DNA of 64,000 nt from contig MU057344.1 in assembly GCA_013239625.1 (NCBI GenBank), positions 994,276-1,058,275 of the forward strand. Direction: 5' to 3'. How positions within the stretch are numbered: the first letter of the stretch is position 1; each line of letters opens with the position of its first letter. The position numbers and the translations under genes are program-made. The DNA comes from Lama guanicoe. Lineage: Eukaryota. Below are positions 53,656-64,000 of the stretch, one piece after another. The notes beneath the pieces were generated by a model. The model did no database searches and had not been told where the DNA came from. It saw only the letters and a program-made list of their open reading frames with translations.

Positions 53656-54816
53656 GTGGGTTTTTTGGGTGGCTGAATCGTGTAAACATTTGGCCCCTGG
53701 ACACTGCCCGGGGTGTGCGTGTTGGCGGTCTCCACGGATAGGTCCCCACGGATAGGGTCGCCTCCCTCGGTCTCATGTTCACTCTCAGAATCACCTCCTC
53801 CCACCGCCGGGAGCCTCCCGTGTCTCCTGCAGAGCGCACGCAGTGAGTGGTTCAGGCCTGGGGGCCCACGCAGCCTAGCTCACATCCTTGTTTTCTGCAT
53901 CTTTGCCCAACAACCTTTAAAACGTGGAAGCCGTTCTCAGCTCCTGGGTGGCGCAGACTCGGCAGGTCCTGCTTTGCCCTTGATGTCGCCTCTCCCCGCC
54001 ACCCACATCCACGTCGCCTCGGCCCGGGGGCGGGCCCACAGCCCCTCGCCCAGTCTGCGCTCGTGCTCAGCCAGACCAGGCTGCAGCGGCCCGCAGCGCT
54101 CCACACCGTGCGTGGGCTTCCGTCTTAGAGGAGGAAGTCTGACTTGGTGAAGAGGTGCATGTACCGATGTGTGGGTTCAGAACTGAGAGTGTACTGATTT
54201 TTAAAATTAAGAAATAGCACCTGGAAAACCTGATAATTATTGAAGCCAGGTCATGGCATGCGTGGGGCCACATGTTCTCTTTACTTTTATGAGAGGTTGA
54301 ATTTCACAATTAAAGTTTCAGAATTAAAGTCAGACCACACACATGTACACTAGTTACGTGTACACGGACACAGATACACACCCGCGCACGGACACACGCG
54401 TGTGCACCTGTGAAACTAAGCTCCACGCTGCTCTGGTCCCGCGGAGCTCGGGCGGCTGGGGCTGGGGGGTGGGCTTGGCCCCGAGAGCAGCGGGCGTTGG
54501 CGGAGTCCTGTGTGCAGGTGGCGGCGTGGCGGCTCCCCGTTGCCGTCCTCAGGCCAGTCCTCGCCGTGGCTGAAGTCAGGTCTCCCCGTGGCGACCCCTC
54601 CGGCCAGTGCTGTGGCACCACCTACTGTGAGAGGTGCTCTGGTAATATTTTTGCTTAAGGGATGGAGCTGCCTCAGGAATTATTCCAGATAAAATTTGGA
54701 TGAGTCGTAGTCACTGCTCTGTGTTGGTGACTTGGAGCCTGAAGCAGAGAGCGCGGGGGGTGCACTGCGGGAGGCGCGGCGGGCTCTGTGACGCGCGGGA
54801 ACTCTCCTTCCTCCAG

Positions 54817-54921
54817 ATCTATCAGTCCTGGCTGGACAAGTCCACGCCTCACACGGCCCTGCGGTGGGTGGTGACGCTGGGCCTGAGCTTCGTCTACATG
54901 GTTCGAGTTTACCTGTTGCAG
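54817..54921 (+). CDS. RER1: RER1 exon 3 (IYQSWLDKSTPHTALRWVVTLGLSFVYMVRVYLLQ)
   Basis: 105 nt; cctccag| acceptor, |gtgagt donor. Confidence 0.97.
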
Positions 54922-56041
54922 GTGAGTGTGGCCGCGGTGGGGGGGCCGCTGTCTTTGCCCCGTCTCTGCGCTCAGGGTTTGTGTTGCAGGAAGTGCTCTC
55001 TACCGATCACTTTCCGGCTGAGCACTGAACGTAAGGGAAGTGTCGGTGCCCGTCCTTCACACTGGGATTGTTCACACTTCGCCTGGGGTTCCTCACGCTC
55101 TGGTGCTGGGGCTCCCAGGGTCGTCTCCGGGTCAGCCTAGGGCCCGGCGAGTTGGGTGGCGCCCTCTGGCGTCCCAGTCTGCACAGCGGACCCTGTGGCA
55201 TCCCCAGCCCGGCCTAGGGACTCTGGGGGCTGGAGACTCGTGGGTCGGCTCATCACGCCTGGGTGCCGGGAGCCGTGCTGGTGCCCGAGGAAGGCCAGGT
55301 TTAGTGCTGGTGGTGGTGCCGGAGGGCCTCCTCCCTGAGCCCTTGGTGACCACCTGGGTTCCAGGTGGGATCTCTCCGCAGGCCCGGAGAGGAGGTCAGC
55401 CAGCGTTGCCTCGTGTCCAGAGGACGGCAGGTTGAGGCCTTGTCCAGAGCTTTCTCTCTCCTGGGGCTGGGAAAGACTTTTGGTCACGGAAAGAGACCCC
55501 CCCCCGGTACCCCCAGGATTGAGGAGGTTGTGGGCACCTGGACGGAGACTTCGTTTACTGGGTGCTGTGCTTGTCTGGTACCGTGGGAAATTCCTGCCTA
55601 GACTAAACGTAGGAACCTGTTCCGGGCGCTCTTACCTGTGCGCGTGTTCTGAAGAGGCCTGACCCTGGTTCCCCTCGAAGGCCGGGGACGTGGTCTGTTT
55701 GGGTGTCTGCAATTAATGTTAAATTTTCTGTGATTGGTTTCAGATTAAAAAAAAAATTTGGACCGTGGTCCATTCTCTGATGGGAAGAATGACCTAGAAA
55801 TCTTGATCTGGGGAATTCGGGAGGGGGCAGAGATGCCTCCCACACAGGTTGGGTCCCTGTGTGGCAAACTGAGTTTATAACCGACTGGGCCTCCCTCCAG
55901 CCCTGTGAGTTGGAGCTGTGTGAACGTGGAACTGGTAACTTCTGTCAGCTGGTTCTCAGTTGTCTGACCTGGAAACATTTAAAGCAGGAAGATCCCATCC
56001 TGTTTGCAGGAAAATTTTTAGGCTCTTAAAATGGATAAGGC

Positions 56042-56123
56042 GGGAGGAGGGCATAGCTTGGTGGGAGAGCATGTGCGTAGATGCACGGGGTCCTGGTTCC
56101 ATCCCTGGTGCTTCCGTTAAAAG
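56042..56123 (+). mobile_element. Degenerate tRNA-derived SINE of the same family, in RER1 intron 3
   Basis: gggaggagggcatagcttggtgggagagcatgtgcgtagatgcacggggtcctggttccatccctgg. Confidence 0.65.
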
Positions 56124-56787
56124 AAGACTCACTGGCCGTCAGTGGAATAGGTCAGGCCGTGCGGCCGGGTCTGTCGGGGCGCTGGCTGCTGTGTGGGCGG
56201 CGGGCGTGCAGGCACGTCCCTTCTTTGTCCCCCGAGGAAGGTTTGCCCCCACAGCGCTTCTGACCTTGCCTGGCTTCCCTGATTTCTCGATTCTGGATTT
56301 CTTCCGGGCAGAGGTTATTAGCAGTCCTGACAGTGGCGGCGGCGGTGTGCGTCGCCCCCGGGAGTCTGGGCCAGCGTGTCTTGAGGACGGTTCAGGCCCT
56401 GTCGGGTTGGGTCAGCTGTTGGCCTTGGGCAGAGCTTGTGACCTGGCGTGTGCAGCAGTGTCCTCTGTGTCCAGCCATGCCTGTCCTCACGCAGGAGTCC
56501 CTGGTGCAGCTCGGGCGGTGGCTTTGAGAAACGCCTCCTTTCCACTGCGTTCCCGGCGGGAGGTGCTGGTGGCTGTAGGTACTGGGTGCGTCTGATGGGT
56601 GTTTGGAGGCACTTGCTGTTTGGACCCTGGCTTGTCCACTCTTAAGACCCACTGCACAGTTTGAGAGAAGCTGTCACCTGGGACGTTTGCTGTCCTTCCC
56701 TCACTTGTGACCCCCGTGCTTCAGGTTCTGTCCAGACCAGGGGCCCCTCCAGGGTGGTGTCACTGACTGCGTCCGCTTCTCTTCCAG

Positions 56788-56887
56788 GGTTGGTACATCG
56801 TGACCTACGCCCTGGGGATCTACCATCTCAACCTCTTCATAGCCTTCCTTTCTCCAAAAGTGGACCCTTCCTTGATGGAAGACTCAG
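56788..56887 (+). CDS. RER1: RER1 exon 4 (GWYIVTYALGIYHLNLFIAFLSPKVDPSLMEDS)
   Basis: 100 nt; cttccag| acceptor, |gtagag donor; conserved Rer1-family motif. Confidence 0.97.
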
Positions 56888-58106
56888 GTAGAGACCGTCT
56901 GTTCTGCCCTGTTTGGGGAAGTCTGATTGTATACTTCACAGGATTGCTCCATTTTCTTTAGAAACATTTGAAATCCAAACTTTTGAGACTGTCCTCTGGG
57001 TGTTTAACACGGACCTATAGCCTCTGTGATTGCGGTACTTTGTGGAAGGGCTCGTTAACCCCCGACCGGTCATGAGGGGCCGGCGCTCCTTCAGCCACCC
57101 TGTGGTGACAGGGAGCTGAGGCAGGCGGGGCCCTGTGCCCTGTACGCGAGCCGATGTGGGCCGGGACCCCTCCATCGTGGTCACGCTTACCAGCCAGGCC
57201 CCCTTCTCCCAAAACCAGGCTCTGAGGGCGGCTCCCTGTGGCTGACGGAGGCCCCGGCAACTGACCCACGGTCGGGCACCGTTGACGGTGGCGCTCTCTG
57301 GTTTCCCAGGATGATGTGTTGAATGTTTTTGGCTCCCACTGCTCCTGGCCTACCTGGGCCACACCTGCCAGGCCAGCCTGGGGTGGGGCGGGGGCGGGGC
57401 ACAAACGTGGTGAGTCAGTCATTCCACACATCCTGCCGCAGGAGAACCTGACACGGCTCCCTGCCCGCAGCGCCCTCCCGGGTGTGGCAGGGAGACACTT
57501 TACGAGCCTGGACGTTTTCTCCAGACTGTTCAAATTGTGACCAGAGCCTGTGACTTTTCTCTGTACGGTATTTAACGAACACGTTAAAGGAAACAACCCT
57601 TTGATCTATGCTGCCATTTGGGGGTATTGGAAAATCAGAGGCCCCTCTGTAGACCTCAGTTTCTCCATGCGTGATGCGGGAGGCACCTTCCCGCGGGGGT
57701 GGGGCGGGGGTGCCCTCCCGAACCCAGCCCCCGGGAGCAGGTGCTCGCGGCTCCCACGTCTTCTCTTGCGAGCTGTGGCCGTTGCTCCTTCCTTGTACTT
57801 TAACATATTTTCATGTCACACAGTTGATGTGTTCCTGAAAATTGGCGTGTGGTTAATTTTTACGCGGTCACTTAGAGTGTATACGAGATCTTCCTAGAAA
57901 GAAGTTCTAACACAAACCTTCCCAGCAATGAGTCGATTTCTAAGGTGGCTGAACAGCCTCATTGTATCTTTGGTTACGTGATGTAAATTTGTATTTTGCG
58001 TATCAGGCCTGCTAGTTCAGAAGCTCTAGGGAAACTTAAAAGTGCAGTGTTGGAAATAAAAAGATGGGAGACCTACACCACCTCTGATGGACATTCTGCC
58101 TTTCAG

Positions 58107-58185
58107 ACGACGGCCCCTCGTTACCGACCAAACAGAGCGAGGAGTTCCGGCCCTTCATCCGGAGGCTCCCGGAGTTCAAGTTCTG
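58107..58185 (+). CDS. RER1: RER1 exon 5 ([27 protein letters not shown])
   Basis: 79 nt; tttcag| acceptor, |gtgagt donor; signature [16 protein letters not shown]. Confidence 0.97.
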
Positions 58186-59108
58186 GTGAGTGCCTCCCGT
58201 GGGTGGTCGGGGACGAGGCTCGTGGTCCCCGAGAGCAGAGGCTGTGTCCTGGTGAGCCAGCAGCTTCAACTCCTCAGAGAAGCGAGCTTTGTGTTTCCTT
58301 GTTCTGAAGATCACTCACCCACAGTGTGAGTGCTTGCCCAGCTGGGCGTGGAGGTGGGTCGTGGGGGCCTCTGTCCGAGAGCCCACTGCCCGGCGGCTTC
58401 TTGGATGCCAGTTAACACCAGAGCTCTTTGAAGCCACATGGAAGAGGCTGCTTCTGGGGCGGGGGTCCTGGTTCTCGGAAGATTCCGGCCTCAGGAGGGA
58501 CAGGCTGCACAGCCAGTCTGGCCTGTGTGCTGCTCCGCACACGGCGGGCCCTCTGGGGGCTCCTCGGCGCGTCCACGTGCGGTGAGTGGGAGACGCCAAA
58601 CTCGAGGGCTCCCGGAGGCCGGGCGCGAAGTGGGCAAGGTCGGGTCCTGCCAGCCCCCCGAGGAGGCGGGCCTCTATGCTCCAGGAAAGGGAGAGCTGAG
58701 GGGATTGTAAACAGGGCCTGAGTGGATGGAGGGAGCCAGGGCGGCCCTGCGGCCCGGCTGCCTGGTTCTCAGGACACTGCAGCCTCCGGCGAGTGTGGGG
58801 CCCGAGCGAGGCTGGGACGGGTTATTCCGGATGGGGGCCCAGCAGCACTCGGGCCTCCATGCCGTCTCCCAGCCGCCTGTCTGAACAGCCTTGGCGCCCC
58901 CACTGGTGTTTTCTGCTTTGTGTAATTTCAGCAGAAAATGTCGAGCTTCCAAGCGAGTAAGAACGGTGTTTGTGGTTCCACGTGGTGCATTACACATACC
59001 GCCCGCAGTGCCCACCCCGCCTGAGTGGGGGCGCACACCCTCCACGGGGCCCCAGGCAGCTGGCGCCCGGTGTCGGCAGCACCGCTGACCTTGTCTTCTT
59101 CCGTTAAG

Positions 59109-59244
59109 GCACGCGGCGACCAAGGGCATCCTTGTGGCCATGGTTTGCACCTTCTTCGAGGCGTTCAACGTGCCAGTGTTCTGGCCCATCCTGGTCATGT
59201 ATTTCATCATGCTTTTCTGCATCACGATGAAGAGGCAGATAAAG
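59109..59244 (+). CDS. RER1: RER1 exon 6 (HAATKGILVAMVCTFFEAFNVPVFWPILVMYFIMLFCITMKRQIK)
   Basis: 136 nt; gttaag| (AAG) acceptor, |gtaaaa donor; signature VPVFWPIL. Confidence 0.97.
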
Positions 59245-59851
59245 GTAAAAACCAAGGTGCTTCTGCACCAGGAGATGGCAGTTGCTGCCCAGTTACCGGT
59301 AGCACTTCGAGGAGAGCCACGCTCAGGCCTGTGAGCCGGGAGGGTCGCGTGGACCCTGCTGTCTGTGCGGGTCCGTGACAGGGTGGGGCCCGCTTCCCGC
59401 CAGCACCACTGTCCAGGCGTCCAGCGAACAGGCTCTCAGCACAGCTCTCTGGGAGTGGGGCAGGCAAGGCCGTGGGTCTCGCCTGAGGGTCTGACTTGTG
59501 TCCTGGGGGTTAGTCAGGGCCCAGGATCTCCCGGATGATGACGGCATGTTATGTCAACATCACCCTAGTATGGGCCTGGGCAGACGGGACAGCCCAGCTT
59601 CGTCCCATCCCCACCTCCACCCACCAGGCAGCAGGGGCCTGGGTGCCTTCTTCCTGGACACGGTGGTCACGGAACCTGCCCCCCTCCCCGGGACTCCCAG
59701 TGGCGCCATGGAAGGGTTTTCCGTGTCCCCGGGGCACTGGGGGCTTCTGCTGCAGCCCCGCTTCCGTGCCTGGTACACAGAGAAGCCGGGCTGCAGGTTT
59801 GGACGAGGCGGTTCATTGGGCATCTGTGCTGAAATGTCTGTCTGTCCCCAG

Positions 59852-59941
59852 CACATGATCAAGTACCGGTACATCCCGTTCACGCACGGCAAGAGGACGT
59901 ACAAGGGGAAGGAGGACGTGGGCAAGGCCTTCGCCAGCTAG
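59852..59941 (+). CDS. RER1: RER1 last coding exon (HMIKYRYIPFTHGKRTYKGKEDVGKAFAS*)
   Basis: 90 nt; ccccag| acceptor; TAG at 59939-59941. Total CDS 81+105+100+79+136+90 = 591 nt = 196 aa plus stop. Confidence 0.97.
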   Translation, partial: HMIKYRYIPFTHGKRTYKGKEDVGKAFAS

Positions 59942-60716
59942 ACGCCGGCCCTGCTGCGGCCCTGGGCGGTCCCCGGCGCCGTCACCACGCCTTTCTTCAC
60001 ATAAAGTAGTTGATTACAAGGGAGTCATTTTCTTTTTAAAAAGGAGCTTCGATTATTTGTAACTGAAATATCAGGTTCTTGAAGAAACTGGCATTTAAAC
60101 CGAATTGCATTGATTTATTTTTCAGTGCCGGTCAGGTGTTGAGGACGGAATTTTAGTAACACGCGGGCTGGGCGGGCTTGGGGATGTCCGCTAGGGAGGA
60201 ACAGAGAAGCCCCCAGCCGCCACCTCCAAGGACGCCCGCCTGCGGCTCCGGCCCCATGGCCCTAGTGGAGGACCTCCCCCGACTCCCACGTGTGTGAAGG
60301 AGCTTCCCGTTTGAAAGGTGATTTTCAAGTAACTCCGGGTTCTGATGCCAGTTTCCGTCTCATCTCACGGAGATGTCAGGTTGGCCTCCCTCACGGTGAC
60401 TCAAAACTCTGTTTTTACCTACCATGATTGCTTTTGAGGGCCTGAAACTATAAATATATATTATATTTTAATTGTTTGAGATTATTTTGACACTTTTCTT
60501 TGATACATGAAAAGTTGTTTTGTTCTTCATTTAAACCTGTTCTCATGCAGCAGCCCCTTTTCAGAAACAACTGGTAAGTGACCAGTTTTGTGGGTTTTAA
60601 CACATGGCTTCTCACTTCCTGCGGGAGACACGGCCCTGACCTGCATGTCAGCTTTTCTGATGTGGTAAAAACAAATACACGTAAACGTTTTACTAAGTGA
60701 CTTTTAAGTGCCAACT

Positions 60717-60722
60717 TTTATT
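60717..60722 (-). terminator. PEX10: Candidate PEX10 poly(A) signal AATAAA (minus strand)
   Basis: First canonical minus-strand AATAAA I found downstream of the PEX10 stop; a variant ACTAAA lies at 61155-61160. Confidence 0.5.
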
Positions 60723-60760
60723 AAAGACAGTGTCCCCGCTCTCTTGTACTCTTGAATAAA
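60720..60760 (+). terminator. RER1: Candidate RER1 proximal poly(A) signals ATTAAA (60720-60725) and AATAAA (60755-60760)
   Basis: Hexamers downstream of the AT-rich 3' UTR, with TGTA (60745-60748) upstream of the AATAAA. Confidence 0.6.
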
Positions 60761-61572
60761 CACTCCAGCTCCCTGCGCCTGGGCAGCTCTGGCGGGAGAG
60801 GCACGGCCGCCCCAAAGGCAAGCCGTCCCTGCTGCGGGCGGCAGGACAGACGGCCGGCAGGGGCCCGCCCCATGGCCCAGCGCCGACCGGCACACCGGTG
60901 CGTTTCCTGCTGGGTCTCGGGTCTCCGGGCGGTTCCGCTGTCCTGTTCACGCACCAAATGTCCACTGCCCGCGTTTTTCCCTCCAGGTTCCAATACCTGT
61001 GGTTGGACTCCTTGTTTTTCAGAGGCCACGTTAAGGCCTTTTGTGCCTGACCCTGAATTTTGACCTTCGTGTGTGAGTGGGGCTCCAAACCAGTGCTCGT
61101 CACCACACTGCAGCACTTGGTGTTCAAACTAGACTTCCTCCCCCCCCCCCGTTTTTTAGTACTGTTTTCCTAGTAAATAGACCTACGATGAGCACTTGGT
61201 GAGAGTGTAAGGAAGGGGTTTCGGGAACTGTGGACCCCAACCCTGGCTAGGCTCCCCGACTGGAGCCAGAGCAGGGCTGCTGCTCTGTTCACAGCCCAGC
61301 CTCTGGGCGCTGACCTCTGTTAGCTGAGGCCTGCCGCACAATGTTCCTGTGCCGCAGAGTCCGTGAAGTCAGAGAGAAGCGGCCGCAGGGTCCTAGGCTG
61401 GAAGCTGTGCTGCCCCGCCCCCGGGCCTGGCGAGCCTCCCCGCCAGCCTCCACCAAGTCAGCTCGCCCTCACGGCGTTCCTAACACACCAGCGCGACTGG
61501 AACCGGTGTTTTGAGGATGCCTATGGCAAAGTCCAGCCTTGGGCACGAGTTATGTAGGTTTTAAAACCTGGA

Positions 61573-61578
61573 AATAAA
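61573..61578 (+). terminator. RER1: Candidate RER1 distal poly(A) signal AATAAA
   Basis: Canonical hexamer preceded by TGTA (61554-61557), with GT-rich sequence about 35 nt downstream. Confidence 0.5.
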
Positions 61579-62233
61579 ACGGTGGCAGAAAGTGGGCTGG
61601 GCACAGTGGAGATGTGTGTAGGCAGCCGGCCTGCACCCTGCTGCGATGGGCAGCCTCCACTCGGGCTGGCTGGGCCCACCAGGTGCTCCAAGCAGGAGGT
61701 GGTCGTGCTGGGAGGCCAGGATGCACGCTTCCATCTTCTAAAATGTGAAGCCAACTTGACGCGCTAGAAGGTGCGCGCCAGACATGTCAGGTGGCAGCGA
61801 CGGCTTCTTGCTTTCTGCCCCGAGAACGGCCGTGTCTGGGCCGCCCCATGGCTCCATGACAGGGATGAGGCTTGTGGCCGTCTGGGCTGCAGGCCTGAGC
61901 ACAGCCCGGCAAGCAGACTACTGGTTCTCTGCTCCTGGTCGGCGCTGGCCACGTGGCCACGTCTCACCGTGTGGCTGGTGTTGGACCTTCCCGTGTCAGT
62001 GGGCGGTCGGGGGGAGGAAGTTCTGGAGGAGTGCTGGGAGGTGCAGGGAGGGCTGACGGCGCTGAAGGCTCAACCATGCACGGCCAGGTCCAGTGCTCTC
62101 GTGAGCTGCTGCTACAGCGTCTTTCGTGACAGTAACAAACGGGGATATCATGGTTTCTGTGCAAGTAAAGTTAACCTGGAAGTTCTTCCCCTGATGTTGG
62201 AAGGCCTCCTGGGCTCCTCCAGCCTCCGTCGGG

Positions 62234-62302
62234 TCAGCGGTAGTGCCGCAGGTAGACGAGCTTCTGCGGAAGGAACCTCTCCCTGCAGAGGGGACACTCC
62301 GT
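62234..62302 (-). CDS. PEX10: Peroxisome biogenesis factor 10, last coding exon (TECPLCRERFLPQKLVYLRHYR*)
   Basis: 69 nt; ccccgcag| acceptor; TGA at 62236-62234; last CxxC of the RING and the known PEX10 C-terminus YLRHYR. Confidence 0.97.
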   Translation of the reverse strand, partial: TECPLCRERFLPQKLVYLRHYR

Positions 62303-63179
62303 CTGCGGGGGAGGAGGAGGGTCACAGGCTGGACCAGGACAGCCCCCGGCCCCCCGCTGGCATTCCCAGTACCATGTGGGATGTACCCACGTCTCGTCTC
62401 TATAGGTGAAGGGAAAAAGTGTTTTCTGAGGCCTTAACCCTGGGCGGTCAGGCGCAGAGCAGGGACAGTGCCCGGCTGAGACGACAGCCAGTCTACAAGG
62501 TGACTCGGGAAGGGTGAGGACACTTGGCCGCAGGATGACTGTGGCTGCCCCAAGCTTCCTGGGAGTGCATGCCTGTGTTTGTGGTCCCGTCTCAGGACGC
62601 CAGCGGTTCTGCCCCTCAGGACTGGGTCCCTCTCGCCCCTGGAAGTCAGCTCGTTGCCTGCCAGGCACTCCACGTGGGGCCAGCACTTCAGGGAGGCAGC
62701 GCTTGTGCCCCTAGGAGACTCCCACAGAGCAACTGGGACCTCGAGCCCCAGAGGCTGAGGAAAGCTCCCAGGCAGCACGTGGACGGAGCAGGGTATTGTA
62801 CACAAGGCGGGCGCAGCCTTGGCCCTCACGAAGGGGCTGGGCGGAGGTGTGGGGGGGGGGCAGGAAAAGGCCTCCTCCCTAGAGTCAGCACACAAGTAAG
62901 AAAGAGGGGCACGGGGTCCTCCATTCTGGCCCCCTGGCTCGGTGGACCCCACACCCTGAGCTCTCAAGGCCGAGCAGCTGGCTCTCACTCTGAGGGCAGG
63001 GGTGGCCGGAGCCTTTCAGGAGCGGGGCCACCCCAGACTCCAGGTGTGGCCCCACGAGCAGTTCAGCAGGGCCTTTAGAGACGCGCCGCCCCTCCAGCCC
63101 ACACAGGAGCTTTGAGGGGCAGGCTCCCGAGTCCTCAGCGCCCTGGGTGGTCTGCACGCCTGGGCTCTGGGCCACCCAC

Positions 63180-63315
63180 CTTGGTGTCGCACCACTGCAT
63201 GATGCATTCCCAGCAGAACAGGTGGCCACAGGGGGTGGCTGTTGAGTGCCTGCGCTCCTCCAAGCACAGGGTGCACAGGGAGTTTCTGGAAACCACTCTC
63301 TCTTCTACGTGGCTC
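63180..63315 (-). CDS. PEX10: PEX10 penultimate exon ([46 protein letters not shown])
   Basis: 136 nt; ccccag| acceptor, |gtgggt donor; C3HC4 RING core CTLC...CGHLFCWEC. Confidence 0.97.
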
Positions 63316-63417
63316 CTGGGGGGAGAAGGGGTAACAGGACAGAACTGAGCCTCCGAGTCCTTCCCTGAGCCCGAGGGCCACAAGGCTGAGCCCCCCCTTG
63401 GCGCCGGCCCCACGCAC

Positions 63418-63593
63418 CTGCGCTGAGACAGGCTGCGGTGTGGCTTCCACTCCCGCCGGGCGCGCTGCCTCTGCCGGAAGCCGTAGAGCTGCAGGCCCAC
63501 GGACAGCGCCAGGTGTAGCAGGGATACGAGCCCCAGCAGCCTGTAGCTGGCGCGAGCCCTCGAGTCCTCTGCAGGCAGGCGGCGGACACGGAG
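63418..63593 (-). CDS. PEX10: PEX10 exon 4 ([58 protein letters not shown])
   Basis: 176 nt; ctgacag| acceptor, |gtgcgt donor; SYRLLG motif plus hydrophobic segment. Upstream exons lie beyond the window. Confidence 0.96.
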
Positions 63594-64000
63594 CTGTCAG
63601 GGCCCCGGACAGATGGTCACATGATCAGTTGGCACAAGGCAGCAAGCAGCCAGGGGGCCAGGCCTCCCCTGGTGAGTGAAACCAAAGCCTGTCCTTCAGT
63701 GCCAGGGGACAGTGAGCCCTGGGCCTCTGGCTGAGTTGGGGGCAGGAACGCCTTGCAGGCTCTAAGCACTGAATGGTGGCCAGGGCCCTGTTCCCGGTGG
63801 GAGCCAAGCATTGAGCGAGGAAGACAGCCACAAAGCTTGGAGTCTGCAGGTGAGGACTTCTGGGAGTTGAGGGGCCGGCCAGGGGCCTGGGCCTCAGAGA
63901 GGCTGGCAGAGAAGGCTACAGAGGAGAGCAGACCCTGCCCCCAGGCCCGCAACCCCCGGCCACACCCATGAAGGGGAAGCAGCTTGCTTTCTACTTCCGT

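Noticed and set aside
59245-59334. In-frame read-through of RER1 exon 6 into the intron
   Set aside because: A canonical donor and a conserved last exon are present; nothing supports an alternative C-terminus.

Overview
This is GC-rich mammalian genomic DNA covering the MORN1-RER1-PEX10 block, which lies next to SKI in human 1p36. Three short tRNA-derived SINEs resemble the camelid Vic-1 family, and I saw no Alu, B1/B2, Bov-tA, PRE-1 or Can-SINE, so a camelid (camel/alpaca/llama) source is likely (inference). MORN1 is on the minus strand: coding exons 1-12 were reconstructed in frame (49728 down to 10649); the last exons were not found and probably lie left of the window. RER1 is on the plus strand and complete (non-coding exon 1 plus six coding exons, 591 nt, 196 aa), head-to-head with MORN1 on a CpG-island bidirectional promoter. 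The last three exons of PEX10 (minus strand, C3HC4 RING) converge tail-to-tail on RER1. Introns hold a near-full-length ancient L1 with a nested SINE and nested L1 piece, other old repeats, and several AT-rich, homeodomain-motif-dense islands that look like conserved enhancers. Nearly all ORF-track entries are GC-driven noise. I found no convincing new protein-coding system. The best leads are: interlocked sense/antisense poly(A) signals between RER1 and PEX10; a perfect BREu+TATA antisense core promoter before an intronic CpG island in MORN1; apparent splice-acceptor loss rescued by a nearby AG in MORN1 exon 12 and RER1 exon 2; an RFX X-box at the MORN1 start; and candidate developmental enhancers. 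Comparisons with human sequences are from memory and need alignment checks.
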